Assembly (NCBI GenBank): GCA_034003985.1
Contig: JAVEXP010000002.1
Span: 208,789-272,788 of the forward strand
From: Patescibacteria group bacterium
GTDB taxonomy: Bacteria; Patescibacteriota; Patescibacteriia; Buchananbacterales; UBA6539
Reading direction: 5' to 3'
DNA length: 64,000 bases
Shown here: piece by piece, positions 8,972-18,210 of the stretch
Numbering within the stretch: position 1 is the first letter of the stretch
How the letters are laid out: each line of letters begins with the position of its first letter
Notes under the pieces: generated by a model
Told to the model about the DNA's origin: nothing
Databases searched by the model: none
Seen by the model: the letters and a program-made list of their open reading frames with translations, nothing else
Position numbers and translations under genes: made by a program

Positions 8972-10732
8972 TTGACCTGTAAAAAAGTGAATTTTGCTTT
9001 GTCAAAAAAACAGAATATTGCCGAATCCCAAATCCAGACCAGAATCGTCTTGGTTTTTTTGTTTGTGGGGCTGTTGGGAATTTTAATTATTGGACGGCTT
9101 TTTAGTTTACAAATTTTACAGCATCAGTTTTATTTGGCCTTGGCATCCGAAACTCAGGAAGTCTATAAAAATTTGTTTCCCCAGCGCGGTTCTATTTATG
9201 TCCGGGAGAAAGACCAGCTTTACCCCCTGGTAACCAATCGCGATTATTATTTGGTTTATGCCGAGCCAGTCAAGGTTAAAGATTCGGCAAAGATTGTCGA
9301 CAGTTTGACTCCGATTCTTGATTTGAAAGAAGACGAATGGAAATCACTATTGACCAGTTTAAACAAAACCGGCGACCCTTATGAACCGATTAAGCACAAA
9401 GTCACCAAGCCCCAGGTTGAGCAAATTGAATCTTTGAACCTTGAAGGCATTGGTTTTATACCCGAGACCTTTCGGTTTTATCCGGAAAAAAATATCGGCG
9501 GACATATTTTTGGCTTTGTCGGATTTAAGGATGAAGAAAAAGTCGGGCAATACGGTTTGGAGGGTTATTTTAATGATGAGCTGTCGGGAAAATCGGGATT
9601 AATCAAGTCGGTTAAAGATGCTTTGGGTTCTTTGATTACTATTGGTCCGCGTTCCGTCCAAAAAGCCGAAGACGGGGTTGATTTGATTTTGACGATTGAC
9701 CGCCAAGTCCAATTTACCGCTTGCCAAAAATTAAAAGAATTTTATGATTGGTACCAAGCTTCATCAGGTACCGTGATTATTGCTAATCCTAAAACCGGCG
9801 CGATTGTGGCAATGTGCAGTTTTCCCGATTTTGATCCGGAGTTTTATAATGAGGTTGAAGACATCAACTATTTCAACAACCCGGCGATTTTTGGCGCTTA
9901 CGAACCTGGTTCGGTTTTTAAGACCATTACCATGGGCGCGGCTTTAAACGAAGGAAAAATCACTCCCGAGACAACCTACGAGGATACTGGTGAGCTAAAG
10001 GTTGGACCTTATAAAATAACTAATTTTGACAATAAGGCTTATGGTCAGCAGACTATGACTCAGGCCTTGTCTCAATCTTTGAATTTGGGTGCGGCCTTTG
10101 CCGCCCAGCAAATCGGCGGCTCTACTTTGGCTGACTATGTTAAGCGTTTTGGTTTTGGTACCAATACCGGGATTGAACTGAATACGGAAGTGCCTGGTAA
10201 CATTGATAATTTGGACCGGCGCGGGGATGTTTACTATTTTACCGCTTCTTACGGCCATGGTATTACCGTCACACCTTTGCAGTTGGTGGCGGCTTATGGA
10301 GCAATTGCCAACAACGGCCGGCTGATGAAACCTTATATTGTCGGGGAAAAAATTTACAGCAACGGCCGGGTGGAAATAACTCAACCGCAATTTGTTCGGC
10401 AGGTAATTGAAAATAAAACCGCCACGATTTTGACCGGAATGCTTACCCAGGTTGTTGAAAGTAGTTATGACAAAAAAGCGCGTGTTCCCAATTACTATTT
10501 GGCGGCCAAAACCGGCACGGCGTTGATTCCAGGTTCGGGCGGGGGCTACAGTAATCAGACAATTCATACCATTGTTGGCTTTGGCCCGGTCAGCGATCCG
10601 AGTTTTGTTATTCTGATTAAAATTGATAAGATTAAACGAGGACCGGCCTATGCTTCCGACAGTGTCGGGCCACTGTTTAGCCAGCTATCCCAATTTTTAC
10701 TAAACTACTATCAAATTCCTCCTGATTATTAA
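8972..10732 (+). CDS. ftsI: Penicillin-binding protein 2/3 transpeptidase (FtsI-like)
   Basis: N-terminal TM, SxxK (GSVFKT), SxN (SQSLN), KTG(T) (KTGTA) motifs. dcw context. Confidence 0.9.
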   Translation: MTCKKVNFALSKKQNIAESQIQTRIVLVFLFVGLLGILIIGRLFSLQILQHQFYLALASETQEVYKNLFPQRGSIYVREKDQLYPLVTNRDYYLVYAEPVKVKDSAKIVDSLTPILDLKEDEWKSLLTSLNKTGDPYEPIKHKVTKPQVEQIESLNLEGIGFIPETFRFYPEKNIGGHIFGFVGFKDEEKVGQYGLEGYFNDELSGKSGLIKSVKDALGSLITIGPRSVQKAEDGVDLILTIDRQVQFTACQKLKEFYDWYQASSGTVIIANPKTGAIVAMCSFPDFDPEFYNEVEDINYFNNPAIFGAYEPGSVFKTITMGAALNEGKITPETTYEDTGELKVGPYKITNFDNKAYGQQTMTQALSQSLNLGAAFAAQQIGGSTLADYVKRFGFGTNTGIELNTEVPGNIDNLDRRGDVYYFTASYGHGITVTPLQLVAAYGAIANNGRLMKPYIVGEKIYSNGRVEITQPQFVRQVIENKTATILTGMLTQVVESSYDKKARVPNYYLAAKTGTALIPGSGGGYSNQTIHTIVGFGPVSDPSFVILIKIDKIKRGPAYASDSVGPLFSQLSQFLLNYYQIPPDY

Positions 10733-10742
10733 ATTTTAAAAA

Positions 10743-12056
10743 ATGAAAAAAATTTTTAAAAAAGTTTTGGAAATCAAATTACGCTATTTGGCCAAGGTGA
10801 TTTTGGATAAATATCAGCCGCAAATTATTGCTATTACGGGCAGCGTCGGCAAAACTTCAACCAAAGAAGCTGTTTATCAGGTTTTGTCGGCGTCCACTCG
10901 AAAAGTTCGGGCCAATGCCAAAAATTATAATAACGAAATTGGCATCCCGCTTTCAATTATTGGCAGTGAATCGGGCGGTCGTTCTTTGTTTCGCTGGTTA
11001 TCGGTTTTTTTTAAAGCTTGGCGTTTGATATTTTTTCAAGACCAATCATATCCCGAAATTCTTATTTTGGAAATGGGTGCCGATCGTCCGGGTGACCTCC
11101 AATATCTTATCAATTTTGTACCATTGAAGGTGGCGGTGGTAACCTCGGTTGCTGAAGTCCATTTGGAATTTTTTAAAACGATCAACGAAATTGCCAAGGA
11201 AAAAAGCAGCTTGGTCCGAGCCTTGGCCAAAGATGGTTTGGCAATTTTGAATTACGACGATAAATTGGTCAAAGAGATGACCAAATTAGCCAAGGGTAAA
11301 GTTGTAACTTTTGGTCTCCAACCCCAGGCCGATTTGTCAGCTAGTGAAATTTCAGTCAGTCACAATGTTGACTATAAAGATGTGTCTACTATTCAGGGAA
11401 TCAGTTTTAAGCTTAAATATAACGGTAAAACTGTTCCGGTGCTATTACCTAAGGTTTTAGGTCAGCATTTGGTTTATAGCGTCTTGGCAGCCATTGCCGT
11501 CGGAATGGCTTACGAAATGAACCTTCATGACATTATTGAGGCCATTAAAAAATTTGAACCGCCCCGGGGTCGAATGAATATCATTGAAGGCATCAAAAAT
11601 ACTTTGATAATTGATGACAGTTATAACGCTTCACCTTTATCAGTCGGCAAAGCTTTAAACCAGTTGAGTCTGATCAATCTCAATGATTTTCATCGTAAGT
11701 TTGCGGTGCTTGGCGATATGCTGGAACTGGGTTCGCGTACAGAAATGGCCCATCAGGAAATCGGCCAGGCCGCGGCTGGTTATGGTATTGATTATTTAAT
11801 TACCGTTGGTGAAATGTCGCGCGATATTGTCCGTGGCGCACTTGGTGCTGGAATGAGCGAAGACCAATGTTTTAATTTTAAAGATAGCGTTGAAGCCGGA
11901 AAATTTTTGCAGCAAAAGTTAAAGTCCGGCGATTTGGTGTTAGTTAAGGGATCGCAAGGCGTCAGAATGGAAAAAGTGGTCAAGGAAGTAATGGCTCATC
12001 CGGAGTTGGCGCCGGAATTACTGGTTCGTCAAGATAAGAGCTGGGCGGCGAAATAA
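10743..12056 (+). CDS. murF: UDP-N-acetylmuramoyl-tripeptide--D-alanyl-D-alanine ligase MurF
   Basis: Mur ligase P-loop ITGSVGKTSTKE and the MurF-type DDSYNASP motif. Confidence 0.85.
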   Translation: MKKIFKKVLEIKLRYLAKVILDKYQPQIIAITGSVGKTSTKEAVYQVLSASTRKVRANAKNYNNEIGIPLSIIGSESGGRSLFRWLSVFFKAWRLIFFQDQSYPEILILEMGADRPGDLQYLINFVPLKVAVVTSVAEVHLEFFKTINEIAKEKSSLVRALAKDGLAILNYDDKLVKEMTKLAKGKVVTFGLQPQADLSASEISVSHNVDYKDVSTIQGISFKLKYNGKTVPVLLPKVLGQHLVYSVLAAIAVGMAYEMNLHDIIEAIKKFEPPRGRMNIIEGIKNTLIIDDSYNASPLSVGKALNQLSLINLNDFHRKFAVLGDMLELGSRTEMAHQEIGQAAAGYGIDYLITVGEMSRDIVRGALGAGMSEDQCFNFKDSVEAGKFLQQKLKSGDLVLVKGSQGVRMEKVVKEVMAHPELAPELLVRQDKSWAAK

Positions 12057-12086
12057 TTGACAAAAATTGAATAGTTGCTATGCTGA
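12057..12086 (+). promoter_or_regulatory. sigma70-like promoter (TTGACA-N17-TATGCT) followed by a hairpin, upstream of the GC-rich phosphatidyltransferase gene
   Basis: TTGACA at 12057-12062. AAAGACTGCCA/TGGCAGTCTTT hairpin at about 12088-12112. RBS AGGAGGA 7 nt before the ATG at 12151. Confidence 0.5.
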
Positions 12087-12150
12087 AAGACTGCCATGTT
12101 GGCAGTCTTTTGCGGTAAACAACCCATTTCCGATATAGGAGGAGAATTTG

Positions 12151-12807
12151 ATGGTTAAGTTTCTGATCTGCCTGGGTTCGACAGCCGAAAAGCTGATTGA
12201 GCACTCTTTGGAGGGCCTGGCTTCCAAAAAAGAGGAAGTCCTGATTCCTTGGATCAGGAGGTGTTGGCCGCCGATTATTTCGCCCAACCTCTTGACGGCC
12301 GTCCGGTTTGAGATTTCCCTGGTGATTATTCTGTATTTGATCGTCGAGGGAGGTAAAGGCTATCAGGCCAATCCCTGGATCATTAGCGGAGTAATCATCG
12401 CTTGCTTGACCGACCTGATTGACGGTCCGGTGGCTCGCGCCTTGAACATGGAATCGAAGTTAGGCTCCTGGTTTGACAAGGTGGTCGATAAATTCTTGAT
12501 TCTGCCGCTTGGTACGGTGGAATTCTGGCACATCGACCGGCTGTTGGTTATTCTTTCAATTTCCGGGACAGTAGTAGCACTGATTGCTGCTACCTATAAG
12601 CTGCTTCAAGACAAGGAAGATGTTCCGGAAAACATTTTTGGCAAGTTCGGTATGAACTGCTATTGTCTGGGTATTTTTTTGGCCCTTTGGCCGGCTTGCG
12701 AGCTGGTGGCCTGGAAAATCGCCTGGATTGGCTTTGCCTTCGGCTTGGCCAGCATCATCCATAACTTTTGCCGACATTTCGGTTTGTCCGGCCCCTACCG
12801 CCACTGA
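12151..12807 (+). CDS. CDP-alcohol phosphatidyltransferase family protein (GC-rich gene)
   Basis: Signature D-x2-DG-x2-AR...G-x3-D-x3-D ([27 protein letters not shown]). Multi-TM protein. About 55% GC, against about 38% in the flanks. Confidence 0.8.
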   Translation: MVKFLICLGSTAEKLIEHSLEGLASKKEEVLIPWIRRCWPPIISPNLLTAVRFEISLVIILYLIVEGGKGYQANPWIISGVIIACLTDLIDGPVARALNMESKLGSWFDKVVDKFLILPLGTVEFWHIDRLLVILSISGTVVALIAATYKLLQDKEDVPENIFGKFGMNCYCLGIFLALWPACELVAWKIAWIGFAFGLASIIHNFCRHFGLSGPYRH

Positions 12808-12863
12808 GCGATGGGGCTCTTTTTTTGTTTGAAAGAGTTGGTCTTTTCGGTTATAATTCAGTT

Positions 12864-14261
12864 ATGACTAAATTGTATTTATTTAACACTTTAGGCCGAA
12901 GCAAACAGGAATTTAAGCCGATTTTTCCTAAAACTGTTGGTCTATACACTTGCGGACCAACAGTTTATAATTATGCCCATTTAGGCAATCTGCGGACCTA
13001 TATTTTTGAAGACATTCTAAAACGGGTTTTAATCTACAATGGCTACAAAGTTAAGCACATTGAAAATATCACCGATGTCGGCCATTTGGTTTCTGATGCC
13101 GATGAGGGCGAAGACAAGATGATGAAAGCTCTCAAACGCGAAGGCTTAAAGCCGGATGGAGCCAGTCTTTTGAAGTTGGCCGAGAAATACACCCAGGCTT
13201 TTAGGCGTGATATCAGCTTGCTTAATATTTCCGAACCAAACAAATGGACTAAAGCCACCGACCATGTTAAGGAAATGATTAAGCTTATCAAGCAGATTGA
13301 AAAAAATGGTTATACTTATGAAACCGAAGACGGGATTTATTTTGATACCTCAAAGTTTAAAAATTATGGCCAACTGGCCGGACTGAAAAATGTTGATTTA
13401 AAAGCCGGTGCTCGAGTAGAAATGGGAACCAAAAAAAATCTTACAGATTTTGCTTTATGGATTAAGGCGGTGGGGGAAAACCAGCATCATGTAATGCAGT
13501 GGCCGTCACCTTGGGGGACTGGTTTTCCCGGCTGGCATATTGAATGTTCGGCCATGTCCCTTAAATATTTGGGAAGTCCTTTTGATATTCACTGCGGCGG
13601 CATTGATCATATTTCCGTTCACCATACTAACGAGATTGCCCAAAATGAAGGGGCAAGCGGCAGACAGTCAGTCAATTATTGGTGTCATGGCGAATTTTTG
13701 GTTTTGGATAGCGGCCGGATGGGCAAGAGCCAGGGTAATTTTATCACTTTACAAACTTTGATTGACAAAGGATTTGAACCTTTAGCTTTTCGTTATTTGA
13801 ATCTCCAAACCCACTATCGCCAGAAATTGACTTTTTCTTGGGACGCACTGGAAGCCGCCCAAAATGCTTTATTTAAATTCTGGGATATTATCAGCCAGTG
13901 GCCATCATCCAAAGCCGCGGTTGATAAAGATTACTTGGCTAAATTTTTGGCAGCGATTAATGATGATTTGAACATGCCGCAAGCCTTAGCTTTGGCCTGG
14001 GAAATAATCAAAGCTGACAATTTGTCAGCAGTAATTAAACGCCAAACTTTATTGGAGTTTGATAAAATTTTTGGTTTGAATTTGGTTCAAGTTAAGCCGA
14101 CTGAAATTCCTACTGAAATTATTAAACTGGCCCAGGAGAGGGAAGAAGCCAGAAAGAATAAAGATTGGGGCCGGTCGGATGAATTTAGGGATTTGGCTGC
14201 CAGTCAGGGATATTTAATCGAAGATACGGCAGACGGTTTTATTATTAAGCCTAAAAAATAA
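12864..14261 (+). CDS. cysS: Cysteine--tRNA ligase
   Basis: [19 protein letters not shown]...[15 protein letters not shown] (HIGH-type), later RMGKSQGN (KMSKS-type), Cys-RS anticodon-binding C-terminus. The upstream 32 codons in the ORF track overlap the previous gene and are probably not translated. Confidence 0.9.
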   Translation: MTKLYLFNTLGRSKQEFKPIFPKTVGLYTCGPTVYNYAHLGNLRTYIFEDILKRVLIYNGYKVKHIENITDVGHLVSDADEGEDKMMKALKREGLKPDGASLLKLAEKYTQAFRRDISLLNISEPNKWTKATDHVKEMIKLIKQIEKNGYTYETEDGIYFDTSKFKNYGQLAGLKNVDLKAGARVEMGTKKNLTDFALWIKAVGENQHHVMQWPSPWGTGFPGWHIECSAMSLKYLGSPFDIHCGGIDHISVHHTNEIAQNEGASGRQSVNYWCHGEFLVLDSGRMGKSQGNFITLQTLIDKGFEPLAFRYLNLQTHYRQKLTFSWDALEAAQNALFKFWDIISQWPSSKAAVDKDYLAKFLAAINDDLNMPQALALAWEIIKADNLSAVIKRQTLLEFDKIFGLNLVQVKPTEIPTEIIKLAQEREEARKNKDWGRSDEFRDLAASQGYLIEDTADGFIIKPKK

Positions 14262-14263
14262 TT

Positions 14264-14533
14264 ATGGAAAATTTAATTCGTAATTTAATTTTTATCGTTG
14301 GGCTAATTGCTATTGCAATTTATTTTTTTGTCGGCTGGCAGGGGATATTGGCTTTACTCGCTACGGCCGCTCCCTTGTTTTTTCCGTTAATTATGATTTT
14401 AATCATCGGTCTTTCTTTCAAGAATACTCTTAAAAAGAACGGTATTAAAACCGGCAGCCTTGCTGATTGGCAACGCCAAATCACCAAAATAATTGAAGAA
14501 AGTAATAATAAAATAAATCAAACCAAAAAATAG
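14264..14533 (+). CDS. Small membrane protein (2 TM), hypothetical
   Basis: 89-aa ORF tightly packed between cysS and the glycosyltransferase. Two hydrophobic helices. Confidence 0.5.
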   Translation: MENLIRNLIFIVGLIAIAIYFFVGWQGILALLATAAPLFFPLIMILIIGLSFKNTLKKNGIKTGSLADWQRQITKIIEESNNKINQTKK

Positions 14534-14535
14534 CT

Positions 14536-15660
14536 ATGGCAAAAAAAGTTCTTATCGTTTACGCTACCGGCGGAATGGGCCATGTGACGGCGGCCAAAGC
14601 CGTCCAGCAGGCCTTTGAAGAGAAATATCCCGAAGTTGAAATTAAGAATGTTGATGTGATTGATTACGCCAATGGTCTTTACAAAAAAGTGTTTGTTGAC
14701 GGCTATAACTATGTCAGCGCTAAAAAGCCGGAAATGTGGGGTTGGCTTTATCGCAAGTTTAACAAGCCATCGCGCCAAAAATTGCCGACCGCTCTTTCTA
14801 AATTGGCAATCGAAGGCAAATTTATCCCTTTTATTAAGGATTTTAAGCCAGACTTTATCGTTTCAACTCATCCTTTGCCGATGCTGCTGGTTTCCAGCTC
14901 AAAGCGCAAGGAGGTGATTGATATTTATTCTTCAATGGTGGTGACTGATTTTGGCTGCCACAGTTTTTGGGTTGATTTGGAAGTCAATTATTATTTTACG
15001 GCCACTAATGATGTCGGCAAATGTCTCCAAAATTATGGAGTTAAACCTGATCAAGTCGTGGCCACTGGCATCCCAATTCATCCAAAGTTTTCCAAATCTT
15101 TGGATCGCCAAAGTTTGCAGCAGAAATTTGGGCTTAATCCCAATTTATTTACTTTGCTGATTGTTGGCGGCCAGTTCAGTTTTGCCGCTTTGACAAAAGT
15201 GATTAACGGCGTTGAAAAGAAACATGCTGGCAAGGTTCAATATTTGGTAGTGGCCGGACGAGATCAAGAGCTGAAAGCTGCGATTGAAAATTCCGATTTG
15301 GACAAAAAATCTCATACTAAAGTTTTTGGTTTCGTTGATAATATGGAGGAATTAATGACAGTTTCGGATATCATTTTTTCCAAAGCCGGCGGTTTGACGG
15401 TTTCGGAATGCATGGCCAAAGGCTTGCCGATGATTATCAATAAAGTTATTCCTGGCCAAGAAGAAGATAATGTTGATTATCTGGTCAATAAAAACGCCGC
15501 GGTTAAAGTTAATAATTTTGGTGAAGTGTCAGAAGTTGTTAGCATCTTAGTGAATGATCCTCAAAGATTAACTGCTATGAAGGCGGCGGCCAAAGCAATT
15601 GGTAAACCAGCTTCGGCTGTTGATTTGGCGGACTTTGTTGTAAGACAGATAAAAAATTGA
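14536..15660 (+). CDS. MGDG-synthase/UgtP-like diacylglycerol glycosyltransferase (GT28 family)
   Basis: N-terminus KKVLIVYATGGMGHVTAAKAVQQAFEE and central VVTDFGCHSFWV resemble UgtP/YpfP/MGD1. C-terminal GT-B half. Confidence 0.75.
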   Translation: MAKKVLIVYATGGMGHVTAAKAVQQAFEEKYPEVEIKNVDVIDYANGLYKKVFVDGYNYVSAKKPEMWGWLYRKFNKPSRQKLPTALSKLAIEGKFIPFIKDFKPDFIVSTHPLPMLLVSSSKRKEVIDIYSSMVVTDFGCHSFWVDLEVNYYFTATNDVGKCLQNYGVKPDQVVATGIPIHPKFSKSLDRQSLQQKFGLNPNLFTLLIVGGQFSFAALTKVINGVEKKHAGKVQYLVVAGRDQELKAAIENSDLDKKSHTKVFGFVDNMEELMTVSDIIFSKAGGLTVSECMAKGLPMIINKVIPGQEEDNVDYLVNKNAAVKVNNFGEVSEVVSILVNDPQRLTAMKAAAKAIGKPASAVDLADFVVRQIKN

Positions 15661-15675
15661 ATTCATAAATAAATA

Positions 15676-15713
15676 AATAAAATAGTAAATTTCTTGAGTT
15701 ACTATTTTATTTA
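15676..15713. terminator. AT-rich perfect 14-bp inverted repeat after the glycosyltransferase gene
   Basis: AAATAAAATAGTAA-N10-TTACTATTTTATTT followed by a T-rich tract. Confidence 0.5.
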
Positions 15714-16133
15714 TTTTGTTTTAATCATTCAAAACACGATGGTGGGGGTTTGGGGGAAATACTGAGCCCAGCACAAGGGCTCAATGGATGGAATAGAATA
15801 TCAGGCGAATTATTTCTCCCAAAACTTTTGGTTACTTTTGGTTACAAAAGTAACAGAGAAATTCTAAATAAAACTAAAATTTACGCATAACTTTATTTTT
15901 TGCCATTTTTTTAGAAAAAGTGGCCAAAAAGCGTGGGGCGACAATGCGCCTTCAGCTTCAATCTAGCTTTTGTCCTCCCTAGCCTTGGGCTTAGTGTCAC
16001 CCTGTACCCCATACTTAGAATATTTGCATTAATAAAAAAGAGCCCCGCACCAGCTTTGACTCCTCGAAACCTTTAAGGGGTTTCTTGGAATACTTAACTG
16101 ATGCGGGGGCGGGGTTGTGCGGGGGGTCTTATG

Positions 16134-16313
16134 CGGTGGGGGTGTTGGCCGGATGGGTCAGCAACGCCTTGATCTCTTCAAAGGCGCCATCGGCGCAAAC
16201 TGGGCAGTAACTGTGAGACACTTGACTGTCTCCTGTCTCTTGGCTACTGGCCGCGACCCAAACGCCATCACGGTGCACCTTCTTACATACGCAACATTGT
16301 ATTATCATACACT
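16134..16313 (-). CDS. Small zinc-ribbon protein (59 aa, below the ORF-track cutoff), GC-rich
   Basis: My translation of the minus strand gives MIIQCCVCKKVHRDGVWVAASSQETGDSQVSHSYCPVCADGAFEEIKALLTHPANTPTA, with CxxC...CPxC and a GGAGGG RBS 7 nt upstream. Lies in a 60% GC patch. Confidence 0.45.
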
Positions 16314-16322
16314 TCCCTCCTG

Positions 16323-16562
16323 CTAGGCCAACTTCATGGCCTCTTCTTCGTCCTTACACGGCTCAAACTGCGAAGCCGTGATTTCTTGGGGAACTTCCCG
16401 GCCATCCCCAATATGGCCGTCAACCGGGACAACCACTAGTTTGTGGTCGTCCACTCGTTCGACCAGTTGGACTGGTCGGCGCGCGCCACCTATGGTGGCG
16501 ACCCCAAAAACCGGCACGGCAAACCTCCTTTCGTTAATGCTCTTTCGAGCATGACCATGCAA
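16323..16562 (-). pseudogene. Probable C-terminal fragment of a metallophosphoesterase-like gene (GC-rich, TTG start only)
   Basis: HGHARKS...VPVFGVATIGG... resembles the GHTH / NPGS C-terminal motifs of YfcE-type phosphoesterases. No ATG start. The upstream sequence is AT-rich non-coding. Confidence 0.3.
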
Positions 16563-16671
16563 AATTATCCCAATTGTAGGGAATGTTTCATTATATCATT
16601 AATTATATTGTTTGTCAACTAAAAAAATCCTGATATGAGGATTTTTTTAGCTAAATTTAGCTAAGTTTAAG

Positions 16672-17607
16672 TTATAACCAACCCTTTCGTTTAAAGAATA
16701 ACAGCATTGCGGAAATGATTATCAGCATTATGCTGATTATATACCAAAAACCCAGTGAGTTATCAATGAATGGCATGGAGTGCGTTGTATTCATGCCAAA
16801 AACAGTTGCTAATAAAGTTACTGGAAAAGTGATAACCGAAATGATTGTCAGGATTCTCATGATATCGTTTAACCTGAACGATATTTGGGATTCATTGGTA
16901 GCCTGCAAAGCTTCAATCCTTTCCTTAAGATTTTCCAAGGTATCCCAAATTTCCTTGGTGTAGTCGGTCAAACTTTCAAAATAAGCGTCGGTTTTTTTTA
17001 TCACAAATTCCGGGCTGTCTTTTAGGTTTAGAATAAGCTTTTTTAAAACATTTTTGTGGACTTGCATGATTTTTCGAAAATCGGTGATATTGCGCCTGAT
17101 AATCAGGATTTCGGAAACCATCTTTTTTTCTCTGCCGGTAAATATCGCTTGTTCAATGTTATCGCAGTCTTCGCTTAAGTGGTCGATCATCGGAAAAATA
17201 TAATTGAACAGCTTGTTAAGGATTTCATAAAGCAATTTTTCCGGTGATTTGTCCGGATATTTTTGGCGCATATCCGGGCTGATTCTGAATAATTCAAAAA
17301 AATCTTTAAAAACCGCCAATTCACCATGATGAATAGTAATCAAGCGGTTTTTGCTTAAAAAAATGTTTATTTCGCTTGATTCAATCATCCGGTTTTGGTC
17401 ATTGTAGACCGGAAAAAGCAATACTAAAAAAGTGTATTTGGGATAGGTGTCAATTTTACTGCGATGACTGGTAGTCAGACAGTCGGCCAGGTCAAGCGGA
17501 TGGAATTTATAGGTTTCGCCAAGTAAATTGATATCTTCTTCATTTGGGCTGTCAATATCAATCCAGTCGAATTCTTTGAATGAGATGGTTTTTGTTTTTC
17601 CAGGCAT
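16672..17607 (-). CDS. corA: Magnesium/cobalt transporter CorA
   Basis: C-terminal two TM helices with the GMN motif (TVFGMNT). Confidence 0.9.
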   Translation of the reverse strand: MPGKTKTISFKEFDWIDIDSPNEEDINLLGETYKFHPLDLADCLTTSHRSKIDTYPKYTFLVLLFPVYNDQNRMIESSEINIFLSKNRLITIHHGELAVFKDFFELFRISPDMRQKYPDKSPEKLLYEILNKLFNYIFPMIDHLSEDCDNIEQAIFTGREKKMVSEILIIRRNITDFRKIMQVHKNVLKKLILNLKDSPEFVIKKTDAYFESLTDYTKEIWDTLENLKERIEALQATNESQISFRLNDIMRILTIISVITFPVTLLATVFGMNTTHSMPFIDNSLGFWYIISIMLIIISAMLLFFKRKGWL

Positions 17608-17698
17608 AATCTTTGGTTAGTTTATTCAATTCTACCATAAATTGCCAAGCACTGAAAGAGTTTGTTTTTGGCTTGATTTTATATTATAATTAATTGGT

Positions 17699-18205
17699 AT
17701 GGCAGCAAAAATATTTAATAAGTCTGGCGGCTTTGAGCAGGACATTTTAAAAGATTTGGATCCGGAAAAGCCGTCTCGTTCGCCCGATCGGGAGTCGGGG
17801 GAAGTTTTAAGCTCAGTTGAAAGCCCGGAATTACGAACCGAAATTTTGAAGGAAATTGATAAATCAAGGCCGGAAAAGATTGGTGCCGAAAAGGATTTGC
17901 CCGGTGTTGGACCAAGTGTTTCACCGGCGGTCAAAACCAAAACCCTGGTTGACATTGAAAATATCCTTCAGCAAGATTTAGAGGATACCTATTTTAGGAT
18001 GGATCCGGATTTGCAAAAGAAATTCAAATCCGAGGGTGAAAATGTTGCTGCTAAAATTGAGCGGATGTTGAAAGAAGGCAGGGTTAAGGCCAAAAAAGTT
18101 TTCAAATTAATCTGGCAGTGGCTTAAGCTTATCCCCAAGGTTAATAAATTTTTTATTAAACAGGAAGCAAAAATCAAAACCGATAAGATATTAAAAATAA
18201 AATAA
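17699..18205 (+). CDS. Hypothetical charged protein (168 aa)
   Basis: ORF with TATAAT-like -10 upstream. Lys/Glu-rich, no recognisable motif. Confidence 0.4.
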   Translation: MAAKIFNKSGGFEQDILKDLDPEKPSRSPDRESGEVLSSVESPELRTEILKEIDKSRPEKIGAEKDLPGVGPSVSPAVKTKTLVDIENILQQDLEDTYFRMDPDLQKKFKSEGENVAAKIERMLKEGRVKAKKVFKLIWQWLKLIPKVNKFFIKQEAKIKTDKILKIK

Positions 18206-18210
18206 AAATC

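Noticed and set aside
9995-10567. 190-aa minus-strand ORF inside ftsI
   Set aside because: Antisense to a well-supported PBP gene. No motif.
16336-16554. 72-aa plus-strand ORF and 69-aa ORF (16117-16326) in the GC-rich patch
   Set aside because: Pro/Ser/Thr/Trp-rich nonsense translations opposite the more plausible minus-strand Zn-ribbon and phosphoesterase-fragment frames.
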